The notes beneath the pieces were generated by a model. The model was given only the letters and a program-made list of their open reading frames with translations, did no database searches and had not been told where the DNA came from. Shown here piece after piece: positions 11,487 through 26,983 of a stretch of 64,000 nt of DNA. Position 1 is the first letter of the stretch. Each line of letters starts with the position of its first letter. The position numbers and the translations under genes were made by a program. The DNA comes from Hydrurus foetidus (Eukaryota): positions 1 to 64,000 of the forward strand of contig UYFQ01000469.1 of NCBI GenBank assembly GCA_900617105.1. The letters run 5' to 3'.

Positions 11487-14400
11487 ATGGCGGACCTGAC
11501 CATCAGTGTCCTCATGGATTACGATTATCTGACCTCTTGGGTAACTCAGCGACTCGACATGCTAGGATACCCGGAATCAAAATTGGAAGACGGTGGTGAT
11601 TCTGCTGTAGTTGATTTCATTTCTGGATCGGGACCGAAAACTTTGTCAATCTGTGCAAACAATGGCTATTTCTCTCTCACCTGCGACGAAACCGGTCAGC
11701 AAGTGAAGATGAAAAATCTAAGCGCTTATTTTTTAAGGCCTAGTGTTGGTGGACTTTCAAAGGAGAATATGTCCAAAGAAGTCCAATTCGGGTCCGTTGG
11801 AGGCAAAGGTCTCTCGATGAATACTTTAAAGCGAATTATGGAAGGATTTGTGGAGAAGCAGGTGGCGCACAACCCGGAACTTAGTGGACACTTTCATCGT
11901 TGCATGGCAAACTTGACTGATACCGTGCATCATGCTGATGGCACAACAGTTCTATATTGCCCGACATTTGACTACCAGAATGTTCCTGAGGCGGCACAGG
12001 ATAAAGAACGGTTGCAGATAATGGAGTCTGTTGTAATTCATTGGACGAGGCAAATTAAGGAGGTTGTTAATAATCACGACAGCTCCACTTCTGCGGAGAC
12101 AGCAGGTCCTCTGGATGAAATCGAGTTTTGGAAGGGACGTGCGTATGATTTTGTGGGCATTCAAAGGCAGTTAGAGGGCGATGCAGTGTGCAGAATTATT
12201 GAAGTTCTGCATTATGCGAAGAGCAGCTACATCGGCCCTTTTCAAACGCTGACACAGCAAATAGTGGCAAGAGCTGCAGAGGCAAATGATAATTTAAAAT
12301 ATCTTGAAACAATCAGAGAACAGTGCACAGCTTTGCGCACAGTAGATGCTGAGAGAGTGGTTCAAATTCTGCCCGATCTGATGAATCGCATCCGGTTAAT
12401 ATGGTCATTTTCAGCCTTCTACAATGATAATGATCGCGTATGCGGTATATTGCGCAAGATATCAAATGAAATAATCAGACGGTTTAGAGGACATGTGCCT
12501 GTTTGTGAAATTCTGGATGGGGACGTTGAATTCGCTATGAGCAGATTGCACGATGCAATTCATTGCGGTGTAGAGTGGAAAGTTATCTTTCACAAAACTG
12601 TTGAATCAATCAAAAGGCAAAAAAGCAAGTATGGAAGAGAGTGGGAAATTGATGATGCAAGTGTTTTTGCACAAATTGATGCTTTTGTACAGCGCTGCAG
12701 AGATCTTACAGAAGTGTGCGAGAATCAAATGCAATTTGTGCGAAAAAGCGCTTTGACAAAAGGTTCCCCCGGTCCTGTCCCACATTTTGGAGGAACGAAG
12801 GCTCAGGAAATAGTCAGTGGAATACGGGGTATACAAGTATCTTTTGAGCAGCATGTAGATCGATTGAGAAAATTGGATTATGATATGCTAGATGTGAGAG
12901 TCAGTCGATGGCATGATGATTATCATCATTTTAAAAATGCTATCAAAGATCTGGAAGTCATGTTTACAAATGTGCTTAATGCCGCACTGGAAGGAAATTC
13001 TACCGTGTCAGAAGGGGTCATAGTGATTGTGACATTTGACCGCCTCGCAAAGAAAGAAGCTATCAAAAGATGTGTGGACAAAAAAGCGTCCGATGTACAG
13101 CACTTATTCATAAGACTGACTCTCTGGGCTCGAGGAGAATTTGATTCTTCGCGATTAAGTCCGCCATTAAGACCGCATGAGCCGCGATATGCCGGATCTG
13201 CTTTATGGGCGCACAGTCTGGCCGTATTGGTGACAGAGAGTCATGAGAGTTTAGTACGATTGAAGAATATTTTAAGCGTGAGAGATTTTGATGAAGCGGA
13301 AAATGCGCATGACGCACTTATGTCGGTTATAAAAGAATTCAAATTAGCGAGGTATAATCAGTGGGTAGACGACTTACAAGAGAAAGGAAAGGAAAATGGG
13401 CTGCTTATGCGCCTTGACAAACCGTTATTAAGACGAGTGGAGAATGATGGAGCGATAAAAAGTGGAACGGAAATAGTGTGCAATTTCGATGAAGATTTAC
13501 TCACATTATTTTCGGAGGTGTCTTATTGGGAAAAATTCCATGGGGAGTTCTCGATCCCTTACGTAGCTCACGATTTGAACAACAAAAAAGATCAACTTCG
13601 GGTAGCGAGAGAAAGGGTTATGACAGTTGTACGTACGTACAATGACATAATACGCGATATAGGTACCGAGGAAAGACATCTTTTCATCGATCATTTGAGA
13701 AGGTTAGATCGAAGGATTGGACCGGGTATGGCCAAGTTAACATGGCTGTCGAAAAACGTTGTTGAAATGTTCGTGAAAGATTGCTGTGCCAGCAGTCAAG
13801 AAACGCATTCAGTGGTGAAGGAGTTCAAAGATTGCAAGGTATTGATTGCGAGAATCAGCAGACAAATTGGTGCGAGTCTACTACTGCGTATCGATAAGAA
13901 TCAGATTTACGAAGGGGGGGTCTTCGAGAGCAGACAAAAAGATCACAGGAAATTATTAAGTACGCAATTCTCCACAGCTTTTCAATCCGTTATAAAAGCA
14001 TTGAAAAATATGTATAAAAATTTTAGGGATGGTTCAGCTGAAGTTCAAAGGGAATGGAAAAGTCAAATAAATCAAATGGATAAACTTTTCGAAGGGACCT
14101 TGAAAGGATGTGTTAAAAAATCTCTGCAGGATTTATCAAAGGCAATAAATGGAGATCTGAGAACAGAACCACAATCGCTCTTTACTGTGAGAATATTGCT
14201 TGAAAATAATAATAGAGTGACGTATATGCCATCTATGGTCAATTTAACACATAGTGTTAATATTGTCGCAAAAGACATTATATCCGTTGTAGCATCTTTT
14301 CCGCGGATTAGAAATCAAAACTTCGATGCCGATGTATACAAAACAATTTCTGGTACAGCCGGTAAAAGTGTTTCCGTTATAGACGGCCAAACTTCTTCTA

Positions 14401-17400
14401 CCGGGGGGTCTACAAATGGGGCCGTTTCGGGGGGTCTAAATCGGGCCCGTTTAGCCGCTGTAGAAAACATCAATAATGACAGCACAGAAAATGATGCTAC
14501 ACAGGCAGAAGGATTTATTCTTGCACCGCAAAAAATAGCAACAAAAAGTTACTATGAAATAATAAGTGAAGATACTGACATATTACGTATTGTCGTACTC
14601 GTAATGAATGGGATGTCATCTACTGCAACGGAACTACAAAAATATTTATCGTATTGGGACAAATACAAAGGGTTGTGGGAAATGGACAAAGACGTATACA
14701 TGAGAAAACAGGCGAAAGCGAATAAAAGTTCCTCCCAATTTGATGTGGAGATTACACGGTTCAGAGCACAACAATCAGATATATACAGTGAAACAAGTAC
14801 GCACGTGATAAATTTCGTACGTGTGGATTGCAATGTTTTAAAGGATGCGCTTGTTGGGCATTGTTTGCAATGCCAAACTAAATTGACTGGCTTACTAAAT
14901 CAAAATGGTGCACAGGAGTTGGAGGATATATTTGCATTATTCCGAAAAAGTAGAATAGCATTGTCAACGGTCCCATCTACACTCGATGAATTGAGCGCCA
15001 AAATAGGACATTGCAAGGAATTGAAAGAACAAGTTCTTTCCACGCAAGCACGATTTGAGCCGTTAAGAGACGTATACAGCACACTCGTAAAATTTGAAGT
15101 TGCCCTAAAAGAAACGGAAACGAGCAAATTATCGTCTTTAGAAACGTCCTTTGATGACTATACAGCAATGCTATATGACGTGGAGAAAATGCTAGACAAG
15201 AGCAAAGTGTCGATGAAAAAAGAGCTTGAAATTCAATTAGACGGGTATAACGTGCAAATGGCGGATATGAGGGCGATTTCCTTGGCGGAATTACCGTTTT
15301 CTAATGAAAGAGATGCAGAGGAGGCAATGTTCGTAATATCATCTTATCGCAATAAAATATCAAAAGCAAAGGAAAGGGAAGTGTCATTAGCTACTGGGCT
15401 CAATATATTTGGTATTGCCTCAAGTGAACACAAAGAACTAACAGCGATAACGCGTGATGTTGATTACTTACATCAAGTGTGGAGTATTACAATAGAATGG
15501 AAAAAATATTGGGACAGTTGGAAATCGGGTCAATTTGCCGATTTAAATGTGGAAGAAATGGAAACGGTAGCAGGAGGATACTCGAAAAAAGTGACGAAAT
15601 TAGGTAGAGATATAAAAAGGTGGAAAGTATGGGAAGCGATGAAAATTGAATTGGACAGATTCAGAGAAACTGTGCCGCTTATTCAAGATTTGAGAAATCC
15701 TGCATTACGCACAAGACATTGGGCGGCATTGCAAGAAAAAGTCGGTCAAGAATTCGACCCAAAAAGCGCTCAATTTACCCTTAATAAAGTGGTTAAATTA
15801 GGCTTAAATGCACATGCAGAATTTATTGGCGATTTATCAGCTAATGCTAATAAAGAATTGGCGATTGAAGTTGCTCTGAATGAATTGGAAAAAAGATGGA
15901 CAGACGTGGAATTAGATGTTGGATCATATAAAGAGAAATATTATAAATTAAAAAGTTCCGAAGACATTTCACAATTTTTAGAAGACGATTCCGTAAGTTT
16001 GTCAACAATGAAATCGTCCAAATTCTACGGTTCTTTTCAACACCGTATAGATGAGTGGGAAAGGTGTTTAAGTTCAATTTCAGAAGTGGTCGAAAGTATT
16101 TTATCAGTGCAGAGGAAATGGATTTATTTGGAGAGCATATTTATGTCCGGTGGCGACATTGCGAAGCAGCTTCCTCAAGAACATTCTTTATTCGTGAATG
16201 TCAACACGGATTTTTTCAAAGTCATGGAGATGTTTAGTGTGGAGCCCAATGCACGTAGAAGTTGTACAGCTCCAGGTTTATTAATTACGATGGCGAGAAT
16301 GGACGAAGGGCTAGAACAAATACAAAAAAGTCTGAATCAATACTTAGAGACAAAAAGAATTGTTTTTCCGCGTTTTTATTTCGTCTCTGATGATGACCTA
16401 TTAGAAATCTTGGGACAAAGTAAAGATCCTATTGCGGTACAAAAACATTTCAAGAAATGTTTCGAAGGGATTAAATCGTTAAAAATGATCCCGCCTAGTT
16501 TATCTCAGAGAACGTACGAAGCGACTGTGATGTACAGCCCAGATGGCGAGTCAGCCCCATTTGCTGACTCAGCGCCAATAGATGGCGCGGTTGAGTTGTG
16601 GCTGGTACAAATCGAAAAAGCAATGAGAAGAGGCATTTCTAAATTGTTGAATATATCAATACAAACATACAAGGGCAAAAAAGAAAAATGGGTGAAAGAA
16701 ACTATCGGGCAATTACTGATAACAACTGGATCTGTCATGTGGACAACTGATTGTTCGCGCGCTTTATTGTCAATTGCTGGTGGTGCAAAAGGTGCTCTAC
16801 GCCAACAAAAGAAAAAACAAGTTTCTTATTTAAATAAATTAACGGGTATCATAAGAGGACCATTATCTAAAGTGGACAGAAATAAGGTAGCTGCATTAAT
16901 CACTATGGAAATACACAATAGAGATGTTATGGAAAGAATGATAAAATCTAGTTGCAATTCTGTTTCAGATTTTGAGTGGTTATCCCAATTAAGATTCGTG
17001 TTCCTAAAAGACGCAGCAGAATTCGGAAAATGTGAAGTACGTCAGACAAATAGTATTCTGGAATATTCCTATGAATATCAAGGAAATAATGGGAGATTAG
17101 TTGTGACACCCCTGACTGACAGATGTGTACTGACGCTGATAACTGCGATGTATTTAAATAGAGGGGGAAATCCGTTAGGCCCGGCTGGAACCGGTAAAAC
17201 AGAAACGGTAAAAGATTTAGGAAAAAATCTGGCCAAGTACGTAGTTGTTATAAATTGTTCTGATGGAATGGACTACAAATCGGTTGGGAGAATTTTCAGC
17301 GGATTGGTTCAGTCAGGATCGTGGGGTTGTTTTGACGAATTTAACCGGATAAAAATAGAAGTTATATCGGTTGTGGCGATGCAGGTGTTGTCTATATTAA

Positions 17401-20400
17401 ACGCATTGAGTGCCAGAGTGTCGGGGTTCATGTTCATGGGGCAGTACATTTCGTGTAATCCAAACTGCGGTATTTTCATCACGATGAATCCGGGGTATGC
17501 CGGACGTACCGAATTACCGGATAATTTAAAAGCGCTAATGAGACCGGTAGCAATGATGGCGCCTGATTTAACTATGATAGCTGAAGTAACACTAGCGTCA
17601 GAGGGATTTAATGAAGCGAGAATAATGGCGAAAAAGACAATTACTTTATATTCACTCATGATACAGCAATTATCAAAGCAAGATCATTACGATTACGGAT
17701 TAAGAAACTTGAAAGCCGTGCTAAACATGGCAGGACAATTAAAAAGAAACGATCCTACCATGCCTGAAGAGGCTATTTTGATGAGAGCGTTAAGAGATAT
17801 GAATCTACCAAAATTCATACAAGACGATGAGAGATTATTTCGATTATTATTAGGCGATTTATTTCCGAATTTGGAATTACCGATTTCAGAATACGGAACT
17901 TTACAAACTGCAATAGAAGTGGAATTCGTGAAGAACAATCTACAGAAGCAAGAATTTTTAACACAGAAAATATTCCAATTATTCGATTCTCGCTTAACTC
18001 GACATTGCAACATGTTAGTGGGCGATCCCTCAGGGGGGAAATCCACAGCATGGAAAATACTTGCTGCCGCCCAGACGACATTGTGCAAAAATGGAATAGA
18101 AGGATGGCAAGGTGTAACGGTTTATGTAATATCTCCGAAATCGATTGACTTGGACGAATTGTACGGGGCGTACGATTTAACGACTTTTGAGTGGAGAGAC
18201 GGAATTCTGTCGACAATTTTCAAGATCTGTTCAGACGATGAAAAACTGGCAGAGAAATGGGTGATGTTCGACGGCCCCATCGATGCGATGTGGGTGGAGA
18301 GCATGAACTCTGTGATGGACGATAACAAAATACTCACACTCATTAACGGTGATCGGATACCTCTCACACAGTCTATGAGTCTTTTGTTCGAAACTCAAGA
18401 TCTACGTGTGGCCTCTCCTGCTACAGTGTCGAGAGCTGGAATGATTTACATTGATGCCTCCGAATTGGGTTGGCAAACTTATACAGAAAGTTGGTTAAAT
18501 GTAAAATTTCCAATGGGTACAGATGAAGAATCGAAAGAGTTATATAAAAATTTATTTGAAAAATGGATTTCAAGAGCACTAAAATTCAAGGAAATAAATT
18601 GTTCCGAACCGGTTAAAATGTCCGATTTTAGTGCTGTAAGAAATCTGTGCACTTTATTAGATGCAATATCCAAAGCAGAAATGAGTTTGAAAAAAGATCA
18701 CTTAGGAACGGAATATAATAGTTGTGTTGAAAAAGTGTTCGTATTTTCTTTGGTGTGGTCAATTGGTGGTGCTGTTGATGAGAACGGACGAAAAAAATTG
18801 AGTACGTACTTACAAGATATCGATGCTATTGGGCCGGTGGCAAATACATTATACGATTATTACGTGGACGTTTCTAAAAACGATTTCAGAGCCTGGGAAG
18901 AAAGAGTGCCCAATTGGAAACCAATAAAAACAATGACGTTTCATGATATGATCGTACCAACGGTAGATACCGTACGGAACTCATACATAGTAGATGCATT
19001 AATGAAAATAAAAAAGAACATAATGATAGTAGGAGCTATCGGTACGGGCAAAACCGTGTTAGCAAATAATTTGCTGAAGGAATTACCGAGTACGCACTCG
19101 AAACTAATAATGAATTTCTCCGCCAAGACGACATCTAATGCTGTGCAAGACATAATAGAAGGTCCGATGGAGAAACGATCAAAAGATAAACTAGGCCCTA
19201 TAGGGGGGAAAAGTTTGGTCATTTTCATCGATGATTTTAATATGCCAAAATTAACATCTTTTGAAAGTCCATTTCAACCACCATTAGAGTTGATCAGATT
19301 GTGGATCGACCATCAGGGATGGTATGACCGTACAAGATGCACTTGGAAACACGTACTGGATTCCCAACTGCTGGTATGCATGGGTCACCCGGGTGGTGGG
19401 AGAAATCAAATATGTCAGAGGACGCAGAGTAGATTCTCTTTGTTAAATGCAGCCTTTCCAGCTGGATCTCAGATAGTGAGAATATTCGAATCAATATTAA
19501 GTTCAAAATTCAATGAATTTGATCAGGAAACTAAACAACTCGCACCGGGCATTGCTATTGCCACACTAAATGTGTATAAAGCGGTATCTAATGACTTTCT
19601 CGTCACACCAGAGAAATTTCATTATTTATTCAATATCAGGGATGTTGCGAAAGTTATCCAAGGTATTTTAATGGCGACCAGATCCACGGTCTACTCCCCC
19701 GAAGGGATGGTAAGACTGTGGGTGCATGAATGCCAGCGAGTATTTGGCGATAGATTCGTGAGAACAAAAACAAATGATGAACAAAAATTTCGTGAAATAT
19801 TAGCAGCAAAAATGACGGAAAGTATGCAGAAAGATTGGGGGACTATCATGAGTGACGCACTTGACCCGAAACTAGGTCCCATTTTCTGCGGGTTATTATC
19901 AGAAGGGGGTGAAGACGGGGAGGTAGTGTACGAGGAGGTGTCGGATTACAAACGAGTACGCACTGTGGTTGAAGAACTCTTGGAAGATTACAATTCGGAG
20001 GTCAAGTTGATTCCCATGAGTCTGGCGATGTTTCGAGATGCGATCATGCACGTATGCAGAATTCATCGTGTACTCGTACAACCGAGAGGAAATCTGTTAC
20101 TAAGTGGTGTGGGAGGAAGTGGAAGATCATCATTGACTCGACTTGCCGCTTTTATCGCAGGGATGGCCACGTTTACAATAGAAATTACGAAAAATTACCG
20201 ATTAATTGAATTTCGGGAAGACATTAAAAAACTCTACTTCACAGCTGGATGCGAGAATAAAAAAGTAGTGTTCTTGCTCAATGACACACAGATAAAAGAC
20301 GAGGGCTTTTTAGAAGATGTCAACAACATATTATCTTCAGGGGTTGTACCTAATCTATTTTTGAAAGATGAGTTACCCGCTATAATCGACAATATGCGGA

Positions 20401-23400
20401 AACCGGCTGTGTCACTAGGATTGGAAGAATCGAGTGACGCATTGTGGCAGCTTTTTATAGATCGTGTGAGATCAAATCTTCACATCGTATTGGCTATGAG
20501 TCACATAGGAGAGGGATTGAGGAACAGATGTAGGATGTATCCGGGACTGGTTAACTGCTGCACTATTATTTGGTTTCATTCTTGGCCAACAGAAGCGTTA
20601 CAAGAAGTAGCGATGAAATTCTTGGCAAAAGTTGACTTTAGTGATGAATCATTCCGGCCAAAGATATCGACAATTTTTGCAGAAATGCATCTAAGCGTAA
20701 TTCAAAGCTCATCTAGAATGCTACTGGAACTGAGAAGATACAATTATGTGACGCCTACGAACTATTTGGAATTAGTCAAAGGATTTCGTGATTTATTAAA
20801 AGAAAAATCGGGAGAGTTAGGGGCATCAGCTAGTAAGTTAGCAAATGGGTTGGCTCGATTAGAGGACGCAAGGGAGCAAGTTGAAGCACTTTCCAAACGG
20901 CTTGAAGTTAAAAAAGTAGTGGTAGCGCAGAGCCAAAAGGATTGCGAAGACTTATTGGTGCAGATAGTGAGTGAGAGACGTATAGCAGATGACCAGAGAA
21001 AACAGGTGGAATCTGACTCTGAGAGAATAGGACAAGAAGCGGCAGAGTGTAAAGCTATCTCTGATGATGCTGAAGCTGATCTTGCCATCGCCATGCCCGC
21101 TTTAGAGAAAGCCATGGAAGAAGTGGAGAAACTGGACAAAGGGGCCATTTCAGAGGTCAAGGCATATACGAAACCACCAGCTTTGGTGGAGACTGTACTA
21201 CAGGTAACACATAACCCGATGTTGATGTCAAGTAAACCCCTCCCCATCCCCCCTCCCCGTCCCTCTTACTTCCCTCCTTGTGTGACATGATTTCAGAAAT
21301 GGTGAAATAACCACAGTTAAATACAGTAGAATTGTAATAAGTTGTATATATATACTACACATCATGGACTATGTGAACTTCAGTAATACAGATTTATTAT
21401 ATTTGAATCTACACGATTTTGGTAAATCTTAATAATAAGTATTACTACAAAAAGTACATTTAGTATGTGTCATCATTTGGGATTTAGTTGATGTTTTTTT
21501 CTTGTTTGTCAATTCTATTTTCTTAATAAGTGTTCTATTTTGATATTATATTTAACCTATCGCAAATTTGCTTTTTGATCCTTCTAACTCCACTCACAAA
21601 CCGTATGTTTTTGTTTCAGTAACCTCTCATATTCTTCTTGATACCGTATCTTATCTTTTCTTTCTTTCTTTTTAGTAGGTTATAATAATATCATTTCTTT
21701 ACTATATAATTTATCTGATAACATTTTCAATCCACCTTGATATCTTCTCTCCTCTTCTCTTTCTCCTTTTTTCTTTTTCTTTTACTTTTTTTTTAGGCTG
21801 TGATGATATTATTCGGCAAACCAACTGATTGGGCATCTGCCAAGAAAGTGTTAACTGAAGGAACTTTTCTACAGCAAATAAAAAGCTACGACAAAGATCG
21901 CGTCACTATGTCAACAAATAACAAAATTAAAAAGTTCATCGACAACCCTGCATTCACACCTACTGCAGTTAAGCTTGTTTCCGGTGCAGCAGCAGCACTG
22001 TGTACGTGGGTACACGCTATTTACATGTATGCAAATGTAGCGAGAGAGGTGGCACCAAAACGACAGAGATTAAAAGAGGCGTCCGAGGGGCTAGTCATCA
22101 AGCAATCAGCTTTACGGGAAGCACAACAAGCCTTGGCCGTAGTCACGGCTAAATTGGCCGCACTACAAATATCCTACGACTCTTCTGTTGGAGAGAAAAA
22201 TCAACTTCGAGAAGAAGCGGAGTATTTAGAGAGCAAATTGGACAGGGCCGATAAGTTGGTGCGGGGTCTTTCAGGCGAGTACACTCGATGGCAGAGCAGT
22301 ATAGGCGAATACAACGCAGCACTGGTGAAGGTTGTTGGAGACGCTTTGATAGCGGCAGCATTCCTATCGTATGCCGGACCATTCGAAACATCTTACCGTA
22401 TTTCGCTGCTAAAGCAGTGGGCGACATCGGTATACACACAACGATTACCTGTGACAGAAAATTTCGATTTCGCGAAATTTTTGTCGAAACCCACTGACGT
22501 CAGGGAGTGGAACGTACAAGGATTACCGAAAGATGATTTTTCTACCGAAAATGGTGTGATTTCCGTGAGAGGAAATAGATGGCCATTAATGATAGATCCG
22601 CAAGGACAGGCCAACAGATGGATCAGGAATATGGAGGGGTCCAAACTGAAAGTAATCGATTTAAAAATGGCCGGGTATTTACGCGAAGTTGAACATGCGA
22701 TACAATACGGCTCCCCTGTTTTGTTGCAAGATATTTTGGAAGAAATCGATCCGGCTTTAGAACCTGTTTTATCGAAATCAATACTAAAAATTGGTACGAG
22801 AATAGTCATTCGTATAGGCGATAAAGAAGTTGATTATTCCAGCGACTTTAGGCTGTATATAACGACAAAACTAGCCAATCCACATTATACACCGGAGATA
22901 TCGTCAAAAGCTACGGTGGTAAATTTTGCGGTCAAGAAAGATGGATTGGAAGCTCAATTATTAGGAATAGTTGTTCAGAAAGAGGAGCCAAGCTTGGAAA
23001 AACAAAAGAGTGAATTAACAATACGTGTAGCAAGTGGAAAAAAACAATTAGTTCAATTGGAAGACGAAATATTGAGGTTATTAAGTGAAGCAAAGGGATC
23101 TTTACTGGACGATGAAGGATTGGTAAACACACTACAAAGATCAAAAAGCACATCAGAAGAGGTCACTTTACAACTAATCGTAGCAGAAGAGACGGAGAAG
23201 AAAATAGACATTGCTAGACAGGGGTACAAATCGGCTGCTGTGAGGTCATCTTTAGCTTATTTTGTGTTGGACGATATGTCCCGTGTTGATCCGATGTATC
23301 AGTTCTCATTGGATGCATATGTGGATTTATTCCATTTGTCGATAGACAACAGTCGACTGTCTGTCGCAACTACTGAGCAAAGCGTGTCGAAGAGATGTGA

Positions 23401-26400
23401 TGACATCAACACGCATCACACTCTTGCAGTGTACAAGTACACGTGTAGAGGACTATTTGAATCGCACAAACTGCTTTTTTCTCTCCAACTTTGCTTCAAA
23501 ATCCTCGAAAGCGCTTGTCAAATCAGTCAAGAAGAATTTACTTTCTTTTCCCTTGGGGCGGGAATGGTAGACCGTACGCAGCAACGGCCGAATAATACCG
23601 ATTGGCTCCCGGCTACGGTATGGGACAATATCACGGAAATGGATAAATTATCGGGGTTCCAAGGAATTGTTTCTTCTTTCGAACAGTTGCAGAGGGACTG
23701 GAAGGGGTGGTACATGTCCGGTAAACCCGAATCAGAATTAATGCCGGCAGATTGGTTCATACGTACTACAGAACTTCAAAAATTGTGTATACTACGGGCA
23801 CTACGTGTTGACCGTGTGCTCTTCGCCGCAGCGCGGTTCATTACGGCCAATATCGGAGCGGAATATGTGGATCCTCCTTCTTTTGACTTAAAAGCCGTGT
23901 ATGAAACGAGTAACTGCAAGACTCCTCTTATTTTTGTTCTTTCTCCTGGAGTGGATCCGACTGCAGGTCAGTGGACCTAGAACTCATTCCAGAACCTGGA
24001 CTAATTCCAGTATTTAAATTTATTGAAGTATATATTACATTTATACATATATACATATATACATATTATGACATTTTTAATTTCGTTTCTGAATAACTTG
24101 TAGTTCTCTCTGACGTGACGTACAGAGTAATACGCTATACTGAATTTTTTACCATTGGCGATATTTATGCATATTTTTTAATCTCCTTGTAATCTTATGA
24201 ACAGTTTTCAGATAGCGTAATTGGCCTGTTTAATTTTGTTTTCTATATTCATTTGATGCTATTTTTTATCACCTCCGATCTAACTTTTTGCCAACTACTA
24301 CAATACCTTTCTTTTCTTTTTCTTTTTCTTTCCCCATCGCCTCTCCGCTCTGCTTCTATTTTATCACCCTTATTTTTTATTGGTGGATCTTTGAACCCTT
24401 TTTAATACACAAATGCCCTCTTTCATTTCTGTTAGGAATATATCAACTCGCATCCCTCTACAACATCAAAGTGGACAACTGTGCACTCGGACAGGGTCAA
24501 GCGCCTACAGCAGTGAAACTGATCGAAGATGGAGCAAAACAAGGCAATTGGGTCTTTCTCGCCAATTGCCATTTGATGCTCTCGTGGATGTCCACGTTAG
24601 AAAAAATGATCGAGTCTCTGACTGAAAGTACGCCAAATCCCAATTTCCGTTTATGGCTATCATCTTCACCAAATCCGGAATTCCCCATTTCCATACTTCA
24701 ACGTGGAATCAAAATGACAACGGAGCCGCCAAGAGGATTGAGATCAAACATGCTCACGTTATACAACACAATTGGTGAAGAACAGTTCAGCAGATGTACG
24801 CGTGAAGGCACGTACAAAAAATTGCTATTTTCCCTTGTATGGTTTCATGCCATACTATTAGAAAGAAGAAAATTCAAATCCTTAGGATTTAATGTTTCCT
24901 ATGATTTCAATGAGAGCGACTTCGCTATATGTCACGATTTGATCATTGTATTCTTGGACGAATATCCGGATAGAGTACCATTTGATGCAATGAAGTATTT
25001 AATTGCTGAAGCAAATTACGGTGGAAGAGTCACAGATGATTGGGACAGGAGATTAGTCAATGTTTACATCGGAGAATTGTTCTGTGAGGAGTGTCTAAAC
25101 TCTGAGAAATTCATGTTATCTGATTTGGCTGATTATTTTGTCCCGGAAGAAGGAGATCTCAAGCACTACAAAGATGTACGTACATGCGTACATGTATGAT
25201 TGTAATTGCCGTACTTACGTACCCACTCAGTCAGTTACTAACTCCCTCACTCCTCTTCTCCGACCTACTCTCCTCCACTTATACTTCCTCCCCCTCCTCT
25301 TTTTCACTTCTTCTTTTTGTCAATCACCTTCTTCTTCTTTCTTTTTCTCCCTATTCTTCTTCATCCTCTTCTTTTTTCTCTACTTATTCAGATCATCCGG
25401 TCAATGCCTCAGACGGACCACCCGTTAGCATTCGGCCAACACAGCAACTCCGACATAGCTGCATCAGTAGACGATGCAAGCATCCTAATCGATGTCTTAG
25501 TGTCACTCCAACCTAGAATAATAAAAATTACTGACGAAGATGCAGTCGATCCATTAGCTCAGCAGTGCGCAGAGCTTCTTGAACAAACTCCGATTATGTT
25601 TGATATTTCTTCAGCCAGAGAAACGATGACGTCACGATCTGATCCAGATCCGTTAAAAACGGTTTTATTTCAAGAATTGGATAGGTGACTTTAAATTTCC
25701 CCCTCTCATTCAAATTATATTTTCATGCAGTTTTCAACTTTTTTAATTGTTCTATTCGCAGATGTAATTTTTTTCGCACAAATCATTTACACGCTATGTT
25801 TCCCACCACATCACCACGATTTATAGCCATAGGAATATTTATTATTTCAGCACATAAAGATTTGCAATCACAATCCAATTTTAAAAAATTGTATAAATTC
25901 TATTCCTAACACCTCCGTGATTAAAATTTTATTTTAGTTTTATTGCCTTCGCAATTTTCAAGTTTCTCCTTTTGATTTTTTTTCCTTGCCTTTTTTCTTT
26001 TTTTTCTTCTTCTTCCTCTTCTTATGTTCTCCCCTTGATTTCTTCTGCATTTAGTTTTGTTGCGTCTCCTCACTTATAGCACTTCACTTCATGATGTAGA
26101 ACATAATTTCATATCACACTACATCGTGCCATTCTATTTTTGTTCATTTCATTTCATTTCATTTTATTTTATTTTATTCGATTTCCTCTCCTCCAACATC
26201 ACTAATGCATCTTTATACAATAAAAATGAAATAAGATGACTCAATCTGAATCATTCCTCATTTCCCACATTTCTGTCCAACAGATACAACAGACTTCTCG
26301 CTACACTTCATCGCACGCTCTCGACAATAATAAAAGTAATCGCTGGTACCGCATCAATTACAGCAGAACTAGAAGAAGTAATGCATTCACTCGCTCAGTT

Positions 26401-26983
26401 AAAAGTACCCCGATTGTGGGGGACTACGTACCCCAGTCTGAAACCCCTGGGGTCTTGGATGAGGGATCTAGCGGAGAGGGTTGCATTTTTTTCCGCATGG
26501 TCGCAGGATCAACTCCCGATGTGTTGGTGGCTACCGGCTATGACGTATCCAACCGGATTCCTCACGGCTGTGCTTCAAGTGAGTGCAAGAGTCAATGGTG
26601 TGTCCATTGATTCATTGAATTTTGAGACACCTGTGATGACGAGCAGCGACAGGAGTAGCATTACAGTGCATCCAAGAGATGGTATCTACGCCTCAGGCAT
26701 TTGTATCGAAGGAGCCACTTGGTCGTTTCAAGGCGGATCACTAGAAGAAAGCAGACCAATGGAATTGCTTTCTCCAATGCCGATTATTCATTTTAAACCT
26801 GTCGAAGGAAAAAGAAAAGCGGCCAAAGGTTTTTATTCCTGTCCGTTATACATGTATCCGGTAAGATCCGGTAGCCGAGAACGGCCAAGTTATGTCGTAA
26901 CGGTTGATTTAAAAACGGGGAAATTCTCATCCGATTACTGGACCAAACGAGGCGTCGCTATGCTCTTGTCAAATTCAAATTAA
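11487..26983 (+). CDS. DNAH2: Axonemal inner-arm dynein heavy chain, I1/f beta type (about 4539 aa); exons 11487-21203, 21797-23966, 24436-25175, 25392-25684, 26284-26983
   Basis: DHC_N1 tail (GPLDEIEFW); P-loops GPAGTGKT, GDPSGGKST, GAIGTGKT, GVGGSGRSS; stalk; C-terminal PTGFLTAVLQ and WTKRGVAMLLS. Four GT-AG introns keep the frame. Subfamily is from recalled similarity. Confidence 0.92.

Noticed and set aside
11952..23760. Many antisense ORFs within dynein and other long genes
   Set aside because: Shadow ORFs of long coding sequences with no independent features.
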